From: Deltaproteobacteria bacterium
Lineage (GTDB): Bacteria; Desulfobacterota; Syntrophia; Syntrophales; JAFGHS01
Direction: 5' to 3'
Assembly (NCBI GenBank): GCA_016930075.1
Contig: JAFGHS010000050.1
Location: forward strand, 32,872-96,871
Length of the DNA: 64,000 nt
In this document: one piece after another, positions 21,886-30,737 of the stretch
How the letters are laid out: every line of letters begins with the position of its first letter
How positions within the stretch are numbered: the first letter of the stretch is position 1
The notes under the pieces: generated by a model
Database searches by the model: none
The model's input: only the letters and a program-made list of their open reading frames with translations
What the model was told of the DNA's origin: nothing
Translations under genes and position numbers: made by a program

Positions 21886-23115
21886 ATGGCCAAAAAAAGG
21901 AGCATGATTGTCGGATTGGATATCGGGACAACAAAGACGTGCGCCATCATCGGTGAAATCACCGAGACGGGCATCGACATTGTCGGTCTGGGTACGAATG
22001 CCTCCGAGGGGATCCGGAAAGGCGTGGTCGTCAATATCGACAGCACCGTAGAGTCTATAAAGGGAGCCATCGATGAGGCGGAGCATATGTCCGGATGTGA
22101 AATCGCCTCGGTTTATGCCGGCATTGCGGGCGGTCATATTAAGGGGCAAAACAGCCTCGGCATTGTGGCCGTAAAGGGACGTGAAGTCGATGCTGAAGAT
22201 GTGGACAGGGCGATTGAGGCGTCGACGGCCATTGCCATGCCGGCGGACCGGGAAATCCTGCATACCCTGCCGCAGTATTACGTTGTCGATGAACAGGACG
22301 GCGTGAAAGATCCGGTGGGCATGTCGGGTGTGAGGCTGGAGGCGAAGGTCCACATTGTCACCGGCGCCGCTGCCGCGATACAGAACATTATGAAATCCGT
22401 CAACCGTGTCGGCCTCGATTTGAACGGCATCGTCCTGGAACAACTGGCCGCGGGCGAGGCGGTTCTCAGCGCCGATGAAAAAGATCTCGGCGTCGTGCTG
22501 ATCGATATCGGCGGCGGGACGACGGATATTGCCGTATTTTCCGAAGGCAGCATCAAATACACGGCCATCCTGCCCGTGGGAGGCAACTACGTAACAAGCG
22601 ATATTGCGGCGGGCTTAAGGACGCCCATTGCCGATGCGGAAAAGATCAAAATCAAATACGGCTGCGCTTTTTCGTCTCTGATCCAGAAGGATGAGGTGAT
22701 TGAGGTTCCCAGCGTGGGAGGCCGGGAGCCGCGGGAGGTTTCCCGCCAGATATTGGGCCGGGTCATCGAGGCCCGGATGGATGAAATCCTCAATCTGGCC
22801 TACAAGGAAGTTTTGAAATCCGGCCTGGAAGAGCGTCTGGCTGCTGGCGTGGTCTTGACGGGCGGGACGGCCATTCTGGACGGCATTACGGAACTGGCGG
22901 AGCAGATTTATAATATGCCGGTCAGGCGCGGAACGCCGAAAGGCGTCGGGGGACTGACGGACATCATCAACAGCCCTTTGTATGCCACAGCGGTGGGACT
23001 GGTGATTTACGGAGGCAAAAATTTGCCCAAGGGGGCGTTAAAAAGAACAGATAAAGGCGGCTTTGGCGGGAATATTTTTCAACGGATGAAGGATTGGATC
23101 TTAGAGAATTTTTAA
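21886..23115 (+). CDS. ftsA: Cell division protein FtsA
   Basis: GLDIGTTK, DIGGGTTD, VVLTGG, C-terminal amphipathic helix. Confidence 0.97.
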   Translation: MAKKRSMIVGLDIGTTKTCAIIGEITETGIDIVGLGTNASEGIRKGVVVNIDSTVESIKGAIDEAEHMSGCEIASVYAGIAGGHIKGQNSLGIVAVKGREVDAEDVDRAIEASTAIAMPADREILHTLPQYYVVDEQDGVKDPVGMSGVRLEAKVHIVTGAAAAIQNIMKSVNRVGLDLNGIVLEQLAAGEAVLSADEKDLGVVLIDIGGGTTDIAVFSEGSIKYTAILPVGGNYVTSDIAAGLRTPIADAEKIKIKYGCAFSSLIQKDEVIEVPSVGGREPREVSRQILGRVIEARMDEILNLAYKEVLKSGLEERLAAGVVLTGGTAILDGITELAEQIYNMPVRRGTPKGVGGLTDIINSPLYATAVGLVIYGGKNLPKGALKRTDKGGFGGNIFQRMKDWILENF

Positions 23116-23127
23116 AGGGGAGGGGAA

Positions 23128-24261
23128 ATGATGTTTGAATTATCTGATTCAGGTTCGACAAGCGCGGCGAAAATCAAGGTGGTCGGTATCGGCGGCGGGG
23201 GAGGAAACGCCGTCAACACCATGATCTCTTACAGCCTCATGGGGGTCGATTTTATGTCGGCCAACACGGATGCCCAGGCTCTTGGCGCATCCAAATCACC
23301 GATCAAGATTCAGCTCGGCCACGGCCTTGGCGCCGGTTCGGACCCGGAGATCGGCAAGTGTGCGGCTGAGGAGGCGAGAGACAGAATCCGGGAAAACATC
23401 GGCGATGCGGATATGGTTTTTATCACCGCCGGTCTGGGCGGCGGCACAGGGACCGGCGGAGCGCCCATCGTGGCGGAAGTGGCCAAAGAACTGGGCGCTC
23501 TCACCGTGGCCATCGTCACGAAGCCTTTTCAGTTTGAAGGCAAGAAGAGGAGCCGGCAGGCGGAAGAGGGCGTTATCGAATTGCGGAAGATCGTCGATAC
23601 CCTCATCGTTATTCCCAATCAGAGGCTTCTCAGTCTGGGCGGCAGAAATCTGTCCCTCATCGACGCCTTCAAGAAGGCCGACGATATTCTGTACCACGCC
23701 GTCAAGGGAATATCTGATCTGATTACCGTGCCGGGCCTCATCAATCTCGACTTTGCCGACGTCAAGAACATCATGTCCGAGATGGGGCTTGCCCTGATGG
23801 GGACGGGTATTGCGTCCGGCGAGAACCGGGCCGTGGAAGCGGCGCAGAAGGCCATTTCGTCTCCCCTCCTGGAGGACAACACTATTCAGGGCGCCCACGG
23901 CATTCTCCTTAACATCACGGGCGGGCCGGACATGTCGCTCTTTGAGGTGAACGAGGCATCGACCCTCATTCAGGCGGAGGCCCATGAAGACGCCAACATC
24001 ATCTTCGGCACCGTCATCGACGAGAAGATGGGTGATGAAATCCGCATTACCGTTATCGCCACGGGGTTCGAAGAGGTGGGCAAAAAACGCCTTCCCGGCG
24101 TGACGCACATTAACGCTTACAGAAGAGACGACATGTCGATCCCCGCATTTATGAGGAACGACAAGAAGTCGGCTGATAATATCCATATCAAGCCGGGCGC
24201 CGTTGACGACGACGATCCCGATCTGGAGATTCCGACATTCCTTCGGAGGCAGGCGGATTAG
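23128..24261 (+). CDS. ftsZ: Cell division protein FtsZ (apparent ~4-aa deletion in T3 loop)
   Basis: [23 protein letters not shown]-terminal [12 protein letters not shown]. Confidence 0.97.
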   Translation: MMFELSDSGSTSAAKIKVVGIGGGGGNAVNTMISYSLMGVDFMSANTDAQALGASKSPIKIQLGHGLGAGSDPEIGKCAAEEARDRIRENIGDADMVFITAGLGGGTGTGGAPIVAEVAKELGALTVAIVTKPFQFEGKKRSRQAEEGVIELRKIVDTLIVIPNQRLLSLGGRNLSLIDAFKKADDILYHAVKGISDLITVPGLINLDFADVKNIMSEMGLALMGTGIASGENRAVEAAQKAISSPLLEDNTIQGAHGILLNITGGPDMSLFEVNEASTLIQAEAHEDANIIFGTVIDEKMGDEIRITVIATGFEEVGKKRLPGVTHINAYRRDDMSIPAFMRNDKKSADNIHIKPGAVDDDDPDLEIPTFLRRQAD

Positions 24262-24308
24262 AAGCGAAGCAGGATTTGGAATGACCGGATGTTTGGAAAT
24301 GACGTGAT

Positions 24309-26009
24309 ATGGCCTGGTCCCTGAGAAGGAAATACCTCGATCTTTTAGACCGTGAGGAAGGATGGGTAAAAAAGATCTGGGGAGATCATATGACGATTTG
24401 CCTGGCCTATCCGAATCACTACCGGGCCGGGATGTCCAACCTGGGATTTCAGACAATTTATCGAATCATCAACAATCATCCTTCCTTTCTTTGTGAAAGA
24501 GTTTTCCTCCCCGACCCCGAGGATGAAGAGAGCTTCTCCTCGGGGTCACTCCCCCTTTTCAGCCTGGAGTCGCAAAAACCTCTCCGGGAATTCGATGTGG
24601 TTGCCTTCTCTATTCCCTTTGAAAATGATTATCCCAACATCTTAAAGATGCTCGACATGGCCGGCATTCCCCTGACGGCGGCGGATCGGACCGACGCGGA
24701 CCCCCTGATCGTCGGCGGCGGGTTTTCGGCCTCCCTCAATCCCGAACCGCTTGCGGATTTTTTTGATCTCTTTTTACTGGGCGAAGGGGAAGACCTGGCG
24801 CCGGAATATCTGGAAGCCGTGAAAAGTGCGCGCACCGGCGGTCTTACAAAGCGGGAAACCCTTTATCGGATTCAAAGGCATGTAAAGGGGGCCTATTGCC
24901 CGCAATACTATAAAGTCGAATACACACAGGACGGTCTTATCGAAAGCTTCAAACCCCTCGATCCGACCTTTCCTGAAAAAATAAAAAGGAGAAAGATGAC
25001 GGGGATCGATCATTTCACGACCGATCAATGCCTGACGACTCCGGATACGGAATTCGGCGGCATTTTTCTTACCGAGGTTAGCCGGGGCTGCGGGCGGGGA
25101 TGCCGCTTCTGCGCCGCCGGATTCGTGGGCCGTCCGCCACGTTTTCGTCATGGGGAAATCCTGGCATCCTCCATCCACAGGGGGCTTGCGGCAGGCCAAA
25201 AAATAGGGCTTCTGGGCACGGCGGTTTCCGATATGCCGGACCTTCCTCGTGTATGCCGTTCAATCATCTCACAGGGCGGCAAATTCAGCATCGGCTCTCT
25301 GAGACTCGACAGGATCAACAAGGAAACGGCAGCCCTGCTCGGGCAAGCCGTTGCGGAAACGGTCGCCCTTGCCCCCGAAGCGGGTTCGCAGCGCCTGCGC
25401 GACGTCATTCATAAAGGCATTACGGAGGAGCACATCTTTACCGCCGCCGATGCGCTTCTTGCCCAGGGAATCACGAACATCCGCCTTTATTTTATGGTGG
25501 GGCTGCCCTCGGAAACGGCGGAAGACGTCGAGGCGCTCATCGACCTTGTTCAAAAAATCAAAGGCCATGCCGTCAAATCGCCCGCCGGGAAGCGGACATT
25601 CCGGCTCATCACCGTCAGCGTCAACCAGTTCATTCCCAAGGCGGCCACGCCTTTCCAGTGGTGCCCCCTTGAGGATGTCAATGCGGTGCGGAAGAAAATG
25701 AGACGCATCGTAAGCGCCCTCCGGCGCGAAAAGGCCGTCAAGGTGATCCACGACATTCCGAAGTGGAACTATATTCAGGCCCTTCTTTCCCTGGGCGACA
25801 GGCGCGTTGGAAAGATTCTCCTGGCGGCTCACCGGCATGGAGGCAACTGGTCCCAGGCCATGAAAGCGGCTGATGAAGATCCCGACTTTTATGTTTATCG
25901 CCGGAAGGACTTAAGCGAAATTCTGCCCTGGGATTTCATCGATTACGGGGTGACAAAATCATTTCTGATGAAAGAATATGAAAAAGCCTCACAGGGGGCG
26001 ATTACATAG
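24309..26009 (+). CDS. B12-binding-domain radical SAM protein (TIGR03960-like)
   Basis: YPN.Y..GMSNLG, CERVF, SRGCGRGCRFC (CxxxCxxC), APEAGSQRLR, LYFMVGLP, LPWD. Confidence 0.88.
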   Translation: MAWSLRRKYLDLLDREEGWVKKIWGDHMTICLAYPNHYRAGMSNLGFQTIYRIINNHPSFLCERVFLPDPEDEESFSSGSLPLFSLESQKPLREFDVVAFSIPFENDYPNILKMLDMAGIPLTAADRTDADPLIVGGGFSASLNPEPLADFFDLFLLGEGEDLAPEYLEAVKSARTGGLTKRETLYRIQRHVKGAYCPQYYKVEYTQDGLIESFKPLDPTFPEKIKRRKMTGIDHFTTDQCLTTPDTEFGGIFLTEVSRGCGRGCRFCAAGFVGRPPRFRHGEILASSIHRGLAAGQKIGLLGTAVSDMPDLPRVCRSIISQGGKFSIGSLRLDRINKETAALLGQAVAETVALAPEAGSQRLRDVIHKGITEEHIFTAADALLAQGITNIRLYFMVGLPSETAEDVEALIDLVQKIKGHAVKSPAGKRTFRLITVSVNQFIPKAATPFQWCPLEDVNAVRKKMRRIVSALRREKAVKVIHDIPKWNYIQALLSLGDRRVGKILLAAHRHGGNWSQAMKAADEDPDFYVYRRKDLSEILPWDFIDYGVTKSFLMKEYEKASQGAIT

Positions 26010-26069
26010 AATTGGGTCCCTGTTTTCTTTTTGCTTTTGCTTTGTTCCAATAAATCTTCAATAATTATT

Positions 26070-26098
26070 TTGACACAGAAGTCTGCATTTTTTATACT
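26070..26098 (+). promoter_or_regulatory. Sigma70 promoter upstream of TAXI gene
   Basis: TTGACA-17 bp-TATACT. Confidence 0.7.
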
Positions 26099-26258
26099 GC
26101 TGTCGTCAAAAGGCGGCGCCTTCATAAATCCGCCTTGCAGGCGCGGGCGTGCGCCGGACTTATCATGAATCAGACCAGTCCCTCTGTCCTATCCGGAAAA
26201 AGATGAAAAGATAGTTTGAGATACATAAAAATATCAAGGAGTTAAGGGAGACTTATCA

Positions 26259-27218
26259 ATGAAAAGGTATTTTATCTTGGTATGGGCATTAAGTTTGATC
26301 GTCGGAATCTCTATGGCATGGGGACAGAATAAAGTTCGGTTATCGATTGCAACGGGCGGTACAGGAGGGGTTTATTATCCTTACGGCGGCGCCATAGCGA
26401 AAGTCGTTTCAACCTATGTTCCAGGCGTTGAAGCAACGGCTGAAGCAACGGCGGCCGCTGTAGATAATCTCAAACTCATAGGCGCAGGCAAAGCGGATCT
26501 CGGGTTTGCTTATCCTGATCTTTCTTGCGATGCCCTGGAGGGAAAGGGCGTATTCAAGAGCAAGCTGCCGATCAGAATGGTCGCCCAGCTTTATATGAGT
26601 TACAGCCATCTGGTTACCCTCTCAGACAGCCATATAAAGTCCGTAGCCGATCTAAAGGGCAAAAAAGTCTCAACGGGGTCGCCAAACAGCGGGACGGAGG
26701 TGGTGGCTTTTCGTGTCCTCGAGGCTCATGGGATAAATTCCGATAAAGATATAATCAGGTCCCGCCTGAGCGTTGTTGAATCGGCTGATGCCCTGAAGGA
26801 CGGAAAGATCGACGCCTTTTTCTGGACGGGGGGTCTTCCGACAGAAGCCATACGGGATCTTGCAGCCGTACCCAACATTTCCATAAAACTTGTTCCTACA
26901 GATACGGCCCTTCCAATGATCTTTAAAAAATATGGCGAGGTCTATGTGAAGGCGTCGATTCCGAAGACTGCATATTCCCGAATGGGGGGCGACATCGGCG
27001 TTGCAGGCATTCCAAGCGTCCTTATATGTAACAAAAATGCCGATCCTGATCTTGTCTATCAAATCCTGAAGGCCATGTTTGATCATAAGGCAGATCTTGT
27101 TGCCGTCCATTCCCAGGCCAAGGAGCTTACCGTCCGGGGCGCGGTCATTAAAACGGCGGTTCCCTACCATCCCGGAGCAGTAAAATATTTCAAGGAAAAA
27201 GGGATCAAGATACCATAA
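26259..27218 (+). CDS. TAXI-family TRAP transporter solute-binding protein
   Basis: Signal peptide, IATGGTGGVYYPYG, DLKGKKVSTG..SGT, DGKIDAFF, PYHPGA.KYF. Confidence 0.93.
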   Translation: MKRYFILVWALSLIVGISMAWGQNKVRLSIATGGTGGVYYPYGGAIAKVVSTYVPGVEATAEATAAAVDNLKLIGAGKADLGFAYPDLSCDALEGKGVFKSKLPIRMVAQLYMSYSHLVTLSDSHIKSVADLKGKKVSTGSPNSGTEVVAFRVLEAHGINSDKDIIRSRLSVVESADALKDGKIDAFFWTGGLPTEAIRDLAAVPNISIKLVPTDTALPMIFKKYGEVYVKASIPKTAYSRMGGDIGVAGIPSVLICNKNADPDLVYQILKAMFDHKADLVAVHSQAKELTVRGAVIKTAVPYHPGAVKYFKEKGIKIP

Positions 27219-27236
27219 GACGTTGACGAATTTGCT

Positions 27237-27731
27237 GTGATGAAAACGGTCCGGATCGGAATTTTACTGATAGTGATGTCGCTCCTCATACCGGCAATCG
27301 TCATTGCTGAGGAGGCCAAAACATGCCTTGTGATCCTGGATGGCGATTCGGACTGCATACTGATTCTTATTCCTCTTGAGGCAGACGTTCCGTTTCATTT
27401 CGATTTCATCAATTCCATATACCTTGCCCCCGTACGGGAAACATTCAAATATACGGAAACCGAAGGGATCGTCCTTGTTAAAGTTGAGAGCGCATCAGCG
27501 GGCGTTTTTGAATACTACGGACTGCCGACGGATGGGACAAATGCAGCTTCCCTCAATCGTGTTATCGGCGACATCAGGTTAAGGAGCTTTAACTATGAGA
27601 ATCACCGGCTGACTGCCGGAGGTGAAAGTGTCCGGTTTCGGGATTTTGCCTCGGACGGACACCCCCTGATCATCATGGTACGACACGGCAATGGTTGCAA
27701 ACCGGGAGGGGCGGGAGGGGGACTCCCTTAG
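27237..27731 (+). CDS. DUF1850-like protein (usual TAXI operon partner)
   Basis: F.F.FINSIY.APVRETF motif; directly downstream of TAXI gene. Confidence 0.7.
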   Translation: MMKTVRIGILLIVMSLLIPAIVIAEEAKTCLVILDGDSDCILILIPLEADVPFHFDFINSIYLAPVRETFKYTETEGIVLVKVESASAGVFEYYGLPTDGTNAASLNRVIGDIRLRSFNYENHRLTAGGESVRFRDFASDGHPLIIMVRHGNGCKPGGAGGGLP

Positions 27732-27864
27732 AATTTCAAGTTATTGCTGCGACAGCAGCCAGTCGTTTTCTTACAGGCCAAGCGTTTCATTTCTGTTAAT
27801 GCTGAGCGGGTATATGTCCTGGGGCTGTCAGTCAATAATGGATTTCTAATATTTCCGGATAACA

Positions 27865-27913
27865 TGGCACTTTGCGCCTCGCAATGACAGAATAACATGC
27901 ATTCAAGGCTCTC
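27865..27913. repeat. Right-hand remnant of a REP-containing MITE
   Basis: ggcactttgcgcctcGCAATGACa...TTCAAGGCTCTC resembles the right arm and TIR of the element at 36670-36802. Confidence 0.55.
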
Positions 27914-28002
27914 AGATAGATCGGAATTGCACAATAAAAGGCTTTTTTAAAGATAATCCGGGATTTGGACTTAGGGTTCGGATGCGGTTGGGAAAAAACA
28001 AT

Positions 28003-28037
28003 AAAAAAGGGCAGCCTCCGAATCGACCGCCCTTTTT
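28003..28037. terminator. Intrinsic terminator (bidirectional)
   Basis: AAAAAAGGGC...GCCCTTTTT. Confidence 0.65.
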
Positions 28038-28073
28038 CGCTGGATATTCATGGTTAAGACGGGATAGGGATTG

Positions 28074-29450
28074 TTATTGCAATCGCGTTTTCTCATCCCA
28101 TTCCCACTTCACACGGGGTGAGGCGGTCCATTCTTTTTTTATCTGTTCAGCGGTCCAGTTGTAGCGATGCTTGGGATGGAACTGGTCGTATGCCGTTTCC
28201 CAGCTCTTCCCTTCAGCCAGCGCCTTCTTGATCAAATTAACGCGCCGCGCCGATTCTGCTCTAACCAGATTAAACCACCAACTGTATTGCGAGGTGATCT
28301 TCGGATCGGCGAACTTGTTCAGCGTCGCCTGGGTTTCATCCCACTGCTGCTGGGTTACGCCGTGCTTGAGCACATACCTTTTGCCGCCTTCGACGGCCGC
28401 CTTTTTGAGTTTTTCATATTCTGCCGGATACTTTGTGGCAATGCCGACGTCAGTGACCCCATGTTGATTGATCAGACGATATATATTTAACTTTTGCATG
28501 CAAAGGCCTTCGTATGTACCGGTCCAGCTCATCAGGTCGAAGGCGTCGAGGATAATTCTTTTGTAGTTCTCGTGCAATGAATTCCACTTGTCCCGGTTCA
28601 TGTAGATCTGAAAATAGTGAATCCCGACGGAATCAGGCGGATAAATCGGCATATTGAGGTAGTATTTGCCACCCTCATAAAATCTGTAATCATGAAACAG
28701 GCCGATGCTCGAACTGATGACATTGATCGATCCGTTATAAAAGGCCATGTATGTTTCGCCGAATGACTTCATGACCGGCGTGCCGCCCCATGCGGCGATA
28801 TAGGCGTTGGAAAGTTCCCCATAACTCCAAATTTTCTTGCCTCTGAGTTCTTTCATGGATTTGATCCTGGTTTTCGACCAGTAATCCCAGTTGCCCATAT
28901 TGGCGCTAACGAGGGGTTTCAAATTCCATTTTCCCTTGGCCAGCCGATCCTCCAACTCATACCATTCTTTACTGCAGGCCAATGCCATGAGGTGTTCGGG
29001 GTTTTTCCAGACATAACCGATAATCCAGGGGGCATAGCCGTTTTCTCGTGACATCAGTAGGCCCTTGTTGATGCCTCCGACATGAACGGTGCCGATGGGA
29101 ATAACTTTTGGCAGGTCATTGCTTTTGTACAATGACCCGTATCGATGGAGGTCGAATTTGATTTTTCCCTTGCTTTCCGCTTCGATAAGTTTGACAAGAT
29201 TGACGACCAGGACATCGCCGAGGCTGTTATGTACACCGTCGCCGGCATAAACCAGCGTGACCGGCGCCAGTCCGTCGACGTTATGACCGAACAGCTCCCT
29301 TGTATCCCTCGTAGACTCATTGGCCGTCGTTTTGGCAGGTCCTTTTTTAACCGCGTTAGCTTTTTGGGGCGCCGCAATGCTGAAAGTGGCGGTTCCCATA
29401 AAAAGCAATAAGGACAGTGTTAAAATAATACACATCTTTGTTTTCTTCAT
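28074..29450 (-). CDS. Atypical, extended DctP-like TRAP solute-binding protein
   Basis: Signal peptide; IEAESKGKIKFDL...GSLY, I.SMKELRGKKI, WGGTPV..SFGETY, MNRDKWNSL...YKRII match DctP fold; 458 aa. Confidence 0.75.
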   Translation of the reverse strand: MKKTKMCIILTLSLLLFMGTATFSIAAPQKANAVKKGPAKTTANESTRDTRELFGHNVDGLAPVTLVYAGDGVHNSLGDVLVVNLVKLIEAESKGKIKFDLHRYGSLYKSNDLPKVIPIGTVHVGGINKGLLMSRENGYAPWIIGYVWKNPEHLMALACSKEWYELEDRLAKGKWNLKPLVSANMGNWDYWSKTRIKSMKELRGKKIWSYGELSNAYIAAWGGTPVMKSFGETYMAFYNGSINVISSSIGLFHDYRFYEGGKYYLNMPIYPPDSVGIHYFQIYMNRDKWNSLHENYKRIILDAFDLMSWTGTYEGLCMQKLNIYRLINQHGVTDVGIATKYPAEYEKLKKAAVEGGKRYVLKHGVTQQQWDETQATLNKFADPKITSQYSWWFNLVRAESARRVNLIKKALAEGKSWETAYDQFHPKHRYNWTAEQIKKEWTASPRVKWEWDEKTRLQ

Positions 29451-29712
29451 GTCATCCTCCTTAATATATAGTTAATTTCTTCGTGAAAGTCTCTTTCCCA
29501 ATGGATAACAAACGTAAACGAACGGAACTCACAAGGGATATCCGACTCAACGCAGATGCTTGTTATGACAGGGGGTAAATTTTTTTGACTTTTACGAGAT
29601 TATCAATGTTAACCGTCTTAACAGATTAAAACCTGTGATGGAAAAGAATGAATCCAGTCTAAAATTTGCCTAAACTCTGTCTGAAATCCTCTATTTACTG
29701 CAATACATTGTT

Positions 29713-29728
29713 TGCAAGTCATATGCCA
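29713..29728 (-). promoter_or_regulatory. Sigma54 (-24/-12) promoter for the DctP-like gene
   Basis: Minus strand TGGCATATGACTTGCA; GG-N10-GC spacing is exact. Confidence 0.75.
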
Positions 29729-29821
29729 TGATAGAGAATCCGTGGGGGTGATAATAACGTCATATAGTTATTTATGAAATTCAATTTTTGGAAAAACAGC
29801 AGACCAATGAATAGGCAAATT

Positions 29822-29869
29822 CGTTTAACGTATTGTTAAACGCAGAGTAAGGATTTAACGATACGTTAA
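29822..29869. promoter_or_regulatory. Two palindromes, candidate enhancer (bEBP) binding sites
   Basis: CGTTTAAC-gtatt-GTTAAACG and TTAACG-ata-CGTTAA, ~95-140 bp upstream of the sigma54 site. Confidence 0.6.
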
Positions 29870-29936
29870 GCCGGCAAATGCATGGAGATACCCTTAAAAG
29901 CGCTCATCATTCAAGACTTCTCAGACAGGATTTATT

Positions 29937-29966
29937 TTGACATTGTGTTTCATTTCTTTCTATACT
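29937..29966 (+). promoter_or_regulatory. Sigma70 promoter upstream of VOC gene
   Basis: TTGACA-18 bp-TATACT. Confidence 0.6.
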
Positions 29967-30072
29967 GGTCGCATCCCAATCCCGGGTCCGTCAGGAAAGA
30001 ATCGATATCTGATATTTCCGGATACCCGATCGCATCCGGAATGACGGGAAAAAGTTTAGGAGGTTATCGTTT

Positions 30073-30663
30073 ATGGAGCCGTTGATTTTGCGCATCGACC
30101 ATGTTTCTCTTGCCGTCCGGGATTATGAAAAGGCGGAGAAGTTTTTCCGTACAATCCTGGGAGGGATACCGGGGACGGCAGCCGAAGATCCGGGGATGAA
30201 GTATATCTGGCAGATGTTTTCCCTGGGAGACTTGAGCCGATTTGAATTGATGAGACCGACAGGGAAGGGCAGCTTTCTCGACAACTTCCTGGCGGACAGG
30301 GAGGGCGGCGTTCACCACGTTACCGTGCAGACGCCGGACATTGAGAAAGCCAAAAACATCCTGACGCAAAACGGCATTCCCTACTTCGGCTATAACGAAT
30401 ACAAGGACGCCTACTGGAAAGAGCTTTTCATCCATCCCCGCCATGCCTTCGGCGTCCTGATCCAGATCGCCGAGTTCAACGCCCCCGACTGGCTCTCCGA
30501 CGAGGTCAACCTTCCGAAGGGGCGGCGCTGGACCATCGAGAAGGCTAGCGGCGGAATCCGTCTCGATCTTGCCCATCCCGGCGGCGGCAGGCTCAAAATG
30601 GAGCTGACCAAAGAAGAAGCCAAAAAACTCATCAAAGATTTGGAAGAAGGCATCAAGTCGTGA
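30073..30663 (+). CDS. VOC family protein (methylmalonyl-CoA epimerase-like) with C-terminal extension
   Basis: IDHVSLAV, FELM.P, GGVHHVT, FIHPR.AFGVLIQIAE. Confidence 0.85.
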   Translation: MEPLILRIDHVSLAVRDYEKAEKFFRTILGGIPGTAAEDPGMKYIWQMFSLGDLSRFELMRPTGKGSFLDNFLADREGGVHHVTVQTPDIEKAKNILTQNGIPYFGYNEYKDAYWKELFIHPRHAFGVLIQIAEFNAPDWLSDEVNLPKGRRWTIEKASGGIRLDLAHPGGGRLKMELTKEEAKKLIKDLEEGIKS

Positions 30664-30665
30664 AA

Positions 30666-30706
30666 AATATTTGGGGGACAAATTTGAAATATGTCCCCCA
30701 AATATT
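30666..30706. repeat. 25-bp palindrome family copy with 8-bp extended stem, between convergent genes
   Basis: aatatttg-GGGGACAAATTTGAAATATGTCCCC-caaatatt. Confidence 0.8.
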
Positions 30707-30737
30707 GATTTAAAATTTATCCCCAATATTTTGCCTC

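Noticed and set aside
23296..24456. Long antisense ORFs (also 626-1588, 50774-51934, 59518-60495 and others)
   Set aside because: Shadow frames of GC3-rich real genes, with no recognisable motifs.
29970..30052. SRP RNA or riboswitch upstream of the VOC gene
   Set aside because: Lacks the SRP core motif; TCCGGAATGAC indicates a degenerate REP arm.
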